Origin: Candidatus Bathyarchaeia archaeon
GTDB lineage: Archaea > Thermoproteota > Bathyarchaeia > TCS64
Assembly: GCA_050014495.1 (NCBI GenBank)
Contig: JBEKDF010000003.1
Span: 1 to 64,000 of the forward strand
Direction of reading: 5' to 3'
DNA: 64,000 bases
Part shown: positions 10,572 through 18,892 of the stretch, piece after piece
Layout of the letters: the number at the start of each line of letters is the position of its first letter
How positions within the stretch are numbered: position 1 is the first letter of the stretch
Notes under the pieces: generated by a model
Seen by the model: only the letters and a program-made list of their open reading frames with translations
The model's database searches: none
What the model was told of the DNA's origin: nothing
Position numbers and translations under genes: made by a program

Positions 10572-10881
10572 AAAATTTCACAAGACAGAATGAATGCTAG
10601 CCTAAAATAGGCTAAAATTTTCTCTTAAAGTTTATCAGCCGTGGGACACCCGTCTCAGCATATTGTCGGCTTTGGATAGGTTGAAACGCTTTCTTAGGCA
10701 CCTTCTAGTCTTGCTCGGCGTATTTCTCGCCCTGACTGTGCGCACGCTAGTTCATCCTGAGCAGCCTAATGCTTGTCGGCACAGCTTTAATAGCCTTGAT
10801 AAGAATTACCCGCAAATGAAATGTTAATCTATAGCCTTTTAAGCGGAGGCAAATTCTCACAGATTGAATAGGTGAAGTATT

Positions 10882-11415
10882 ATGCCATACTGCCCGAAGT
10901 GCGGTAAAGAGGTCAAAGATGACGCAATTTTCTGCCCATACTGCGGTCAGAGTATAAAGTCTGAGGAAAAGGTAGTCTACAGACGCCCCCACGACGAGAA
11001 GAGCGAAAAGGGGGAGAAGAATGAGAAGGACTCTAGGGGGGAGAAAGACGAGAAGGGTGAAAAGAATGAAGGCTCAGGCTCCATGTGGGGCGCCCTCATG
11101 GGTGGCCTAATAGTACTATGGTTGGGCATCACTTTCCTGCTTCAACAGTACAATTACATAGTCGATAATCGATGGTGGAGCTGGTTCATGGCGGGGCTCG
11201 GAATCATCATGATTCTCCGAGGCCTCATGCTTTATATCCAGACGAGTAACTGGCGCGCCTCAAGTGGGCTAATAATAGGGGGAGTCATAGTCACAATGAT
11301 TGGCATAAGCTCATATCTGGGCTTAGCTAATTGGTGGGCTTTACTGATAATATTGATTGGTGCCTGGATCATTGTGAATGCCCTCATGAGTAGGGGTGGG
11401 CACCCGCGCACTTAG
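10882..11415 (+). CDS. Zinc-ribbon membrane protein
   Basis: CPKCG...CPYCG, EKxEK linker, four hydrophobic segments. Confidence 0.85.
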   Translation: MPYCPKCGKEVKDDAIFCPYCGQSIKSEEKVVYRRPHDEKSEKGEKNEKDSRGEKDEKGEKNEGSGSMWGALMGGLIVLWLGITFLLQQYNYIVDNRWWSWFMAGLGIIMILRGLMLYIQTSNWRASSGLIIGGVIVTMIGISSYLGLANWWALLIILIGAWIIVNALMSRGGHPRT

Positions 11416-12557
11416 AGGCCCCAGCCAACCAGCAATTGCCAGATACAATGCTCTAGCACAACGCTCCGTTTATCCCTGCCAAAAATCTGGAAGTAGTTTT
11501 TCCCCATCGCCTCGACCAAGTCACCCTGACGATACCGGGGCAACATCGAAGTAGAGATAATGATCCTCCCCCACTCACCACGCCGCATCTCATGCAGCAT
11601 CTTAAAACCAGAACCTGTCTCGACCTCGAACAGATAGACGTCGTAGTTTGGGGATATGTAGGGTAAGTCGTCTCTCTGCTGGGCGAAGGCCCCCTCTGTG
11701 GCGGTGTACATCTCAATGACAGGCACCTGACCGTACATTATTTTCAGCTTGGGCGCGTAGTTTTGTTGAATCTTAGCGACGCTGGTGCTATATATTACTT
11801 TGATTTTCCAAAGGTCCCGAGGGTAAATCCCATGTTTCTTCTTAACATATCTTGCGAAACCAGTCTGGACGGGTGCTACGCCTATTATGCTGACGACCTC
11901 CTTCTCCTTAGCCTTCTGGTAGATGAACTCGTAGCGTTTCTCCCATCCTTCGGGTGTGAGGTCCGTCTGGAGGGCGTCGATCTCCTCCTGGCGTGGGATG
12001 AGACCGAGCCCCGCCATCATAGGGTTCAGTTTTGCATATGTTCCGGAGCTGAATCCGTAAACGACCTCCTTTTCACCTTGGGTTAAGATACGTATATTGC
12101 TAGGGAATTGGAGATTAAGAACGCCTCCGGATAGGAGTGAGAGCTCCCCGTTTCTCATGGCAAAGTTAAGGACACCTCTCGACCCGCACCTTATGAGGTC
12201 CTGCAGGTGTCTCTGTGTGACAGGGATTACCTTCGACTGCCCTGTTGTTCCCCTGGTCATAACCCAAGTTAGAGGTTCCTCGTCAAGGAAGGCCTCATAG
12301 CCCTCGTTTCGGACCTTCTCGAACCAGGGCTCAAGGTCTTTGTATGAGACTGATTGAAAGTTCCTTCTGTAATTCTCTATCGAAGATACTTCAGCTGCAT
12401 CGTGACTTCTCCCGTATTCGGTATTGCAGTATCCCCTGAGCAGGTCACGTAACACTTTCCCCTGTGCTGCCTGCGGATCCTTGAGCCCTGCCTTCCAAGC
12501 CTCAAGGTTACTGTTTATCCTACCTATTGGGTCCTCAAACATCTCTCGACGAGGCAT
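11412..12557 (-). CDS. GH3 family acyl-adenylate/amido synthetase-like protein
   Basis: TRGTTGQSKVIPVT, YTATEG, RYRQGD, FGR. Confidence 0.8.
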   Translation of the reverse strand: MPRREMFEDPIGRINSNLEAWKAGLKDPQAAQGKVLRDLLRGYCNTEYGRSHDAAEVSSIENYRRNFQSVSYKDLEPWFEKVRNEGYEAFLDEEPLTWVMTRGTTGQSKVIPVTQRHLQDLIRCGSRGVLNFAMRNGELSLLSGGVLNLQFPSNIRILTQGEKEVVYGFSSGTYAKLNPMMAGLGLIPRQEEIDALQTDLTPEGWEKRYEFIYQKAKEKEVVSIIGVAPVQTGFARYVKKKHGIYPRDLWKIKVIYSTSVAKIQQNYAPKLKIMYGQVPVIEMYTATEGAFAQQRDDLPYISPNYDVYLFEVETGSGFKMLHEMRRGEWGRIIISTSMLPRYRQGDLVEAMGKNYFQIFGRDKRSVVLEHCIWQLLVGWGL

Positions 12558-12635
12558 ATCTCAAGCGTCCATGTTATAGGGGTTCCCACGGGAATCCCTT
12601 TTATTCATGAGGCTCCCGGTGCTAGTGAAAGCAAA

Positions 12636-13379
12636 ATGAAGAAGCAGGTTATTCTTACCGTAGCAGAGTCAAAGAGGCTTATCGCGAAGGGTGTTGCTGC
12701 TCTACCCGAGGTTCAAGGAGCCATGCAGGATGGTATAGTAGTCGTCGCAACTGGGACCACGAACGCCTACGTCCTGCAAGAGCTATGGGGAGAGAAGTTT
12801 GACATTCGAAGGTACAGAAGCGGAATAACGACGCCTAATGTCCCCGATAAGGCGAAGGAGCAGCAGGGGGAGCTTATACCTGATGTCGTTTTCAGGAAGG
12901 GAGAAATCGCCAAAGAGTTGGATCGTTACAACGCTGTCCAATACATGGGCAAGGGAGATGTCTATATCAAGGGTGCTAACGCCCTCGACTATGTTGGGCA
13001 GATGGCGGGCGTCCTCATCGCGGGAGGAACCGGTGGTACCGTAGGCGCTGTACTAGGTACAATAATTGGTAAGAAGATCACTTTGGTCATCCCAATTGGA
13101 CTTGAGAAGCTAGTCTACGAGGACATTAACGAGCTTCACAGATTAACCATGGACCCAGACAACGATGGACCCACTATATGGCCTATCACCGGAATTGTCT
13201 TCACGGAGATCGAGGCGCTTGAGGTATTATGCGGTGTTCAGTCGACACTAATCTCCGCTGGCGGAGTTGCTGGTGCTGAGGGCAGCGTCCGTCTCCTAAT
13301 CGAAGGTATGGATGAAGATGTAGAAGCAGCATCTGAGATCGTGAAGAGTGTTAAAGGAGAGCCCAGATACCTCCTTTAA
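12636..13379 (+). CDS. Conserved hypothetical protein
   Basis: Long ORF with LTVAESKRLIAK, GTTNAY, KGANALD, AGGVAGAEG. Confidence 0.75.
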   Translation: MKKQVILTVAESKRLIAKGVAALPEVQGAMQDGIVVVATGTTNAYVLQELWGEKFDIRRYRSGITTPNVPDKAKEQQGELIPDVVFRKGEIAKELDRYNAVQYMGKGDVYIKGANALDYVGQMAGVLIAGGTGGTVGAVLGTIIGKKITLVIPIGLEKLVYEDINELHRLTMDPDNDGPTIWPITGIVFTEIEALEVLCGVQSTLISAGGVAGAEGSVRLLIEGMDEDVEAASEIVKSVKGEPRYLL

Positions 13380-13384
13380 TCGGT

Positions 13385-14239
13385 GTGCTTAAGGTGTTAA
13401 GAGACCAGACCCTCGAACTCCTAAGTAGATTTGGTTTAACTGCTGAGGCCTCCATAGATGAGCAACAGCTTATTGACTCATCATCCATCAAAGCACTCAT
13501 CGATGCGTCCAACCCCAGAGCATCCGATACTGTACTGGAAATTGGCCCTGGTGCTGGCAATATAACCGCGGAGCTCGCAGCTCGAGTTACCAAGGTATAT
13601 GCCATCGAGAAGAACCAGAAATTTATTCCTCTCTTAGAGGAGAGGTTTTCTAATTCAGCAAACGTCGAAGTAATTTTTGGGGATGCTCTCACAGTCTATC
13701 TACCCTTTTTCGATGTACTAGTCTCAAACCCACCTTATGCCATAACTGAGGCTATTCTACACAGGTTGAAGAGATTGAAATTCCGTATCGCCTCCTTAAT
13801 CGTCCCATCGACTCTAGCACATAGCCTCACCGTCGACAGGGGTGACCCTGATTACACCAAGTTGACCCTAGAAGCACGCCTCTTCTACGAAATAAAGATA
13901 ATCAGAGAGGTAAAACAAGAATCCTATCACCCTAAGCCAAAGACAACTACTTTCATATTAGCGATGTCGCCCAAGGAGGGTCTAAAGCCATTTGAGGCGG
14001 TGATGAAGCAGTTATTAAATCAAAGGGACAAAAAGAGCAGGAACGCGTTGAGGGAAGCGATGATATCCGCCTCATTGGTGGAGTTTCCGTCGACGAAAAA
14101 GGCAGCTAAACGTGCAGTGGATCAGCTTGGACTAAGTGAGGCCATTCTAAATGAAAGGGTCGCTAGGTTAAACCTGGGAGAAATTATGCAAGTCTACGAG
14201 AAGCTGGAACATTTTTCTAATCTGTTGAACACTATATAG
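13385..14239 (+). CDS. ksgA: KsgA/Dim1-family rRNA adenine dimethyltransferase
   Basis: VLEIGPGAG, AIEK, GDAL, VSNPPY. Confidence 0.75.
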   Translation: MLKVLRDQTLELLSRFGLTAEASIDEQQLIDSSSIKALIDASNPRASDTVLEIGPGAGNITAELAARVTKVYAIEKNQKFIPLLEERFSNSANVEVIFGDALTVYLPFFDVLVSNPPYAITEAILHRLKRLKFRIASLIVPSTLAHSLTVDRGDPDYTKLTLEARLFYEIKIIREVKQESYHPKPKTTTFILAMSPKEGLKPFEAVMKQLLNQRDKKSRNALREAMISASLVEFPSTKKAAKRAVDQLGLSEAILNERVARLNLGEIMQVYEKLEHFSNLLNTI

Positions 14240-14498
14240 ATATGACTTAACTATCTTTGTGGTCTCAAACCTTCTAATGTGTCCTAGTTATTTGCCAAGC
14301 CAAGATCAATACAACTGGAAGACACATAGACCCCAACACAATCACAAGTATAGTAAGACCCTTTCTTAACATTACGAACACCAGTACTAATGTGTATAAC
14401 GCATTCGTTTAATCCTAGAGAAACGAACAGTTGTTCGAAAACTTAGAACGCATGACGAGATTGAAATAGTACAGAAGCGAAGTTGATATCGAAGGACC

Positions 14499-14744
14499 TT
14501 GAAGGCATACGTTTTATTGAACACTGAGTTGGGTAAGGAGCCGGAGGTCATCCAGGCGATGAAGGGCGCCAAGGAGATCAAGAACATATACAGTCTCTAT
14601 GGCATCTATGACATCATCGTCGAGGTTGAAGCCGACACTATGGAGAAGGTGAAGGAGGTTGTCTTCAACAGGATAAGGCGCCTCGACAACGTGAAAAGCA
14701 CCATCACCCTGATCACCTACGGCGAGCCTATTAGAAATCCGTAG
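14499..14744 (+). CDS. Stand-alone Lrp/AsnC ligand-binding (RAM) domain
   Basis: KAYVLLNTE.G.E, LYGIYDII, IRRLDNVKSTITL. Confidence 0.88.
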   Translation: MKAYVLLNTELGKEPEVIQAMKGAKEIKNIYSLYGIYDIIVEVEADTMEKVKEVVFNRIRRLDNVKSTITLITYGEPIRNP

Positions 14745-14922
14745 GGTTCCAATTTAGGCTACGCCCATTTTCCCAGTTTGGAATTGAATACTATCAGGAA
14801 CTGGAGCATGCATGTGTCTCAATCACACTCTAGGGTGGCAGGTCGCACTAACAAGCGTTTGTGAACATTTTTAGGCAACGTTTTTATGTTCAACAGTTAC
14901 AAACTGTCGGGAGATTTCCGCA

Positions 14923-15405
14923 GTGTCAAGGGAATTCAACTATATAGTAAGGCTACACGGAACGAACCTCGACGGTACGAAGTCAGTTCCGTACGCCATC
15001 TCCGACATCAAGGGGATGGGCATACGCATGGCCTTATCCTTGACCAAGGCGGTAGGCGTAGATCCGACCCACAGGTTGGGGAGCCTCTCCGACGCCGAGG
15101 TTAAGCGTCTGGAGGAATCACTTGAAGACCCCGTTAAGGTGGGGTTACCCAAGTGGATGCTCAATCACAGAAAGGATCCCATAACAGGTGGTGACCACCA
15201 CCTGCTCGCCTCCGACTTGGACATGAGGACCAAGGACGAACTAGAGCTCATGAAGGAAACTCGGAGCTGGAAGGGAGAACGCCACGCAAGAGGCATAAAA
15301 GTCCGTGGACAGCACACTAAGACCACGGCCAGGAAAGGCCGAAGCGTAGGTGTAACAAAAAAGCAGCTGCAACAGACATCTGCAGCCGCGAAGAAGGAGG
15401 AGTAG
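14923..15405 (+). CDS. rps13: 30S ribosomal protein S13
   Basis: YIVRL.GTNLDG, WKGERHARGIKVRGQHTKTT. Confidence 0.97.
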   Translation: MSREFNYIVRLHGTNLDGTKSVPYAISDIKGMGIRMALSLTKAVGVDPTHRLGSLSDAEVKRLEESLEDPVKVGLPKWMLNHRKDPITGGDHHLLASDLDMRTKDELELMKETRSWKGERHARGIKVRGQHTKTTARKGRSVGVTKKQLQQTSAAAKKEE

Positions 15406-15409
15406 GAGC

Positions 15410-15961
15410 ATGGGAGACCCCAAGAAGCAACATAAGAAATACACAACTCCCCGCGTCCCCTATAACACCGAGATGTTCATGGAGGAGCTAAAGCTCCTCG
15501 GCGCCTATGGGCTACGTAACAAGCGCGAACTCTGGCGTATGAGGACTAAGCTCAGCAGTCTACGCCGCAGGGCTCGTGGCCTCCTCGCCCAGACAGCAAC
15601 GGAGCGCGAGAAGCAGGAGAAAGAGATGATAGGAAAGCTCTACAAGATGGGGCTCGTCCAGCCTAATGGAACGCTGGACGACATCCTTACCCTGAGTATC
15701 GAAGACATCATGGAGCGTCGACTCCAGACCTTCATCTTCAGGAAGGGAATGGCTAAGAGCCTCTGGCAAGCGAGGCAGCTCATAGCTCATGGTCACATAA
15801 GCATCTCAGGTAAAGAGGTAAGAGTGCCCGGCTACCACGTTCTCATCGATGATGAGAAGACGATCGATTACACCGACGTGAGCCCATACAGCAATAAGGA
15901 TCATCCACTCCGCCGAGAGATGGCGGTTAACGAGATCGCTGGAGGAAATAAAGTTGAGTAA
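15410..15961 (+). CDS. rps4: 30S ribosomal protein S4
   Basis: [32 protein letters not shown]. Confidence 0.97.
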   Translation: MGDPKKQHKKYTTPRVPYNTEMFMEELKLLGAYGLRNKRELWRMRTKLSSLRRRARGLLAQTATEREKQEKEMIGKLYKMGLVQPNGTLDDILTLSIEDIMERRLQTFIFRKGMAKSLWQARQLIAHGHISISGKEVRVPGYHVLIDDEKTIDYTDVSPYSNKDHPLRREMAVNEIAGGNKVE

Positions 15962-16412
15962 TGAAACTATAATCCCAACAACGGCCCCGGCACCTACGCC
16001 TGCAACGACCACAAGCCCTCCGCCATCAGCTGATAAGTGGGCGATAGTCCACGTCTTCAGTAGCTTCAATAACACGATCATCCACATGACAGACCTCACT
16101 GGCGCCGAGACCCTCGGCTTTGCCACGGGTGGTATGTTCGTCAAGGCTGATAGGCTCAAGCCAAGCCCCTACGCCGCGATGAAGGCCGCCCAGCAGATAG
16201 CTGACTGGGGCCGTGACAAGGGTGTCACTGGCATACACATCAAAGTACGCGCACCCGGAGGCAGCGGCTCCAAGACGCCGGGCCCTGGAGCGCAAGCCGC
16301 AATCCGTATCCTAGCCCGAAGCGGGTTCAGGATCGGGCGCATCGAAGAGGTCACCCCCGTTCCCCACGACGGTACAAGGAAGCCCGGGGGAAGGAGAGGC
16401 AGAAGGCCGTAA
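15954..16412 (+). CDS. rps11: 30S ribosomal protein S11
   Basis: [43 protein letters not shown]. Confidence 0.97.
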   Translation: MSNETIIPTTAPAPTPATTTSPPPSADKWAIVHVFSSFNNTIIHMTDLTGAETLGFATGGMFVKADRLKPSPYAAMKAAQQIADWGRDKGVTGIHIKVRAPGGSGSKTPGPGAQAAIRILARSGFRIGRIEEVTPVPHDGTRKPGGRRGRRP

Positions 16413-16427
16413 GCTGGTGGTGCTGCA

Positions 16428-17366
16428 ATGAAGGTAACCGTACTAAGCGTAAACGAGGACACCATCCGTTTCATCGTAGATGGGATAGACAACGCCTTCG
16501 CCAACGCACTACGTAGAACCATGATCAGCGAAGTCCCAACAATGGCTATCGAGGATATCTTCTACTATGATAATACAAGCGTCGTCCCAGATGAGATTCT
16601 AGCTCATCGTATAGGGCTTGTACCTCTCAAGACCGATTTGGAACACTACAAGCTGCCAGCGGAATGTGATTGCAAGGCCGACCTTGGCTGCCCGAAGTGC
16701 CGTGTAACCCTCAGCCTAAGTGTAAAAGCTGAGGATGAGAAGAAGACAGTCTACTCCGGTGATCTACAACCAGTCGATCCCGCTATTACCCCGGTGACTC
16801 CGTACATCCCCTTAGCTAAACTTGCACCTGGCCAATCCATAAGCCTTGAGGCATACGCTCAACTAGGGAAGGGTCACAACCACACAAAGTGGAGTCCTGT
16901 CGCTATGGCGATATACCAGAATGCCGCTGACATAAAGACTGACTCTACGACCGCCGCTAAGTGTCTCGAGGAGTCACCTAAGGGCGTCGTACTAGCCAAG
17001 AAGGACACAGTAAAAGTCATAGACATCCAGGCATTCAATCGAAGCCCTACTTGCTCTAGCCTCTTAAAGGAAGACACCCTCAGAGACCACATGAAGATGG
17101 ATGAATTCGTCTTCACGGTCGAATCAACGGGTGCACTTCCACCAGAGAAGATCGTCACAGAAGCGGTGAAGGTTCTCAATTCTAAGCTCGAGGAATTTAA
17201 GCGAAAAATCGATGCAAACGAGCTCCACGAAGAGATAGAGGATTTCGAGGCACCAACCGAGGTGGGCCGCCACCTCTACAGCATTGGCTCCGGCGAGTTT
17301 GAGGAGGAGGAAGAGGGAGAAGAGGGTGGCGGAACAGGAAGTGAACCAACCTTTGATGAACAGTGA
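16428..17366 (+). CDS. rpoD: RNA polymerase subunit D (Rpo3)
   Basis: ANALRRTMISEVPTMAI, DEILAHRIGLVPL, VESTGALPP. Confidence 0.96.
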   Translation: MKVTVLSVNEDTIRFIVDGIDNAFANALRRTMISEVPTMAIEDIFYYDNTSVVPDEILAHRIGLVPLKTDLEHYKLPAECDCKADLGCPKCRVTLSLSVKAEDEKKTVYSGDLQPVDPAITPVTPYIPLAKLAPGQSISLEAYAQLGKGHNHTKWSPVAMAIYQNAADIKTDSTTAAKCLEESPKGVVLAKKDTVKVIDIQAFNRSPTCSSLLKEDTLRDHMKMDEFVFTVESTGALPPEKIVTEAVKVLNSKLEEFKRKIDANELHEEIEDFEAPTEVGRHLYSIGSGEFEEEEEGEEGGGTGSEPTFDEQ

Positions 17367-17700
17367 ACTTGAGAAGACTATAAGAGAGCTAAAGACTGCG
17401 AAGAAGAAGACAGGTCAGCCCATCTGGGGTGCCCTCGCCGAGGAGCTCAACAAACCGAAAAGGATCAGGGTTGACGTCAACCTGAGCGCTATAAACCGGC
17501 TTACTAAGGAAGGTGAGATAGCCGCCGTACCCGGTAAGGTCCTCGCATCCGGCAGCCTTGAACACTCTGTAACTGTCGCGGCTTTCTCCTTTAGCGAGGA
17601 GGCTAAGGAAAAGATCAAGGCAGCTGGTGGTGAGGTGAAGTCCTTAACACAGTTAGCTGCCGAAGGCGTTGAGCCCTCAAAGGTCAAATTAATCAAGTAA
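17356..17700 (+). CDS. rpl18e: 50S ribosomal protein L18e
   Basis: VNLSAINR, VPGKVLASG, VAAFSFS; start set at ATG of MNSELE. Confidence 0.94.
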   Translation: MNSELEKTIRELKTAKKKTGQPIWGALAEELNKPKRIRVDVNLSAINRLTKEGEIAAVPGKVLASGSLEHSVTVAAFSFSEEAKEKIKAAGGEVKSLTQLAAEGVEPSKVKLIK

Positions 17701-17771
17701 TCTCCTCATTTTTAAGAACCCAATGTGGCTGAAACCTTTAAATTTGAATGCTTGCATGAGTGTTGGCGACC

Positions 17772-17848
17772 GGGTTCGTAGCTCAGCAAGGTAGAGCGGC
17801 GGCCTCTTAAGCCGTTGGCCGAGGGTTCGAATCCCTCCGAACCCGCCA
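17772..17848 (+). tRNA. tRNA-Lys (CTT)
   Basis: Acceptor GGGTTCG/CGAACCC, anticodon arm GCGGC-CTCTTAA-GCCGT, GGTTCGAATCC, encoded CCA; TATA-like tttaaa about 35 nt upstream. Confidence 0.97.
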
Positions 17849-17870
17849 GTTTTAATTAAATAAAACACTT
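17830..17870 (+). repeat. att copy 1 (attL-like): tRNA-Lys 3' end plus right arm
   Basis: AATCCCTCCGAACCCGCCAGTTTTAATTAAATAAAACACTT, 41 bp identical to 28258-28298. Confidence 0.92.
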
Positions 17871-17959
17871 ACGGCGCGCGAACCTGAAAAATCATTTCCA
17901 AAAAGAGTATTAATAGACACCTTTATTTTATAAGTGTGAAATCGGAGTGAGACCAAGTT

Positions 17960-18733
17960 TTGCCGCTTCCTTTAGTTGAAAGATCAGAGAAAGAAATCGC
18001 GAAAACAATAAAGAAAAGAGTCGAATCATTAAACGACGTCAAGAACTGCCACCAGATTAGCGTCCGAGTGATCGGGAAAAACTACGAGGTCTCCATGCAC
18101 GTCTCAATCGACAGAAACCTCAGGTTCGAAGATGTCCACAAAATAGCATCACACGCCGAGGAGGAGGTGAGAACCATTCTGCCAAACGCTAGGGTAACGG
18201 TTCACACGGAGCCCGTCGGGAGAAACACGCATGATCTCTCGGATCTCGTAAAGGAAGTAGCTGAGGCGGCGCCTGGCTGCAGGGGTGTTCACAACATCCA
18301 TATACAGGAGGTCGACGGGAAAACGTATCTTGACTTTCACCTCGAGGTAGCTGCCAACAGGACCGTGAAGCAGGCGCATGAGATAGCTGATGGCGTCGAG
18401 AAAAAGCTAAAGGAAGCTAGCCAAGGCATCTCGGGGATAACCGTGCACATAGAAAGCGCTTCAGACATAGTTTCTAGGGAGTTGACTGAGACTGGGACAG
18501 AGATGAGGGGCTATATTGAGGATGCCGCCAGGGGTTTCACGGAGATCAGGGACGTTCAGGGCATAGAAATTAGGAGGGTCGGTGACGGCTTGCACATCAT
18601 TCTCAAATGCTTTTTTGACCCTGACCTGAGTATAGAACAGACGCATGCGATATCTGAGAAGCTTGAGGCGACCATAAAAGGCGCTTATCCAAACATTAGC
18701 AGAATAGACATCCACGAAGAACCCTACCTCTAA
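17960..18733 (+). CDS. Soluble protein of three tandem cation-efflux dimerisation (ZT_dimer-like) domains
   Basis: Three repeats each ending in H...E...V/IH.EP/S; no TM segments. Confidence 0.75.
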   Translation: MPLPLVERSEKEIAKTIKKRVESLNDVKNCHQISVRVIGKNYEVSMHVSIDRNLRFEDVHKIASHAEEEVRTILPNARVTVHTEPVGRNTHDLSDLVKEVAEAAPGCRGVHNIHIQEVDGKTYLDFHLEVAANRTVKQAHEIADGVEKKLKEASQGISGITVHIESASDIVSRELTETGTEMRGYIEDAARGFTEIRDVQGIEIRRVGDGLHIILKCFFDPDLSIEQTHAISEKLEATIKGAYPNISRIDIHEEPYL

Positions 18734-18892
18734 AAAATATTCAGATCTCTACATTAAGAGATAAAACCTCAAACTTTTCCAAGTTGTCTTGTAAAGCTTC
18801 TCGAAGAGATACAACCCGTTCCCACTAGTCTTTGCGTAATACCTAAATCGGGCTTCACGCGTAGTGGTGAACTTTGAGGCGGATTCAGACCC

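Noticed and set aside
14424..14437. CGAACA-GT-TGTTCG palindrome upstream of the Lrp-domain gene
   Set aside because: Single short instance and the adjacent protein has no DNA-binding domain; support is insufficient.
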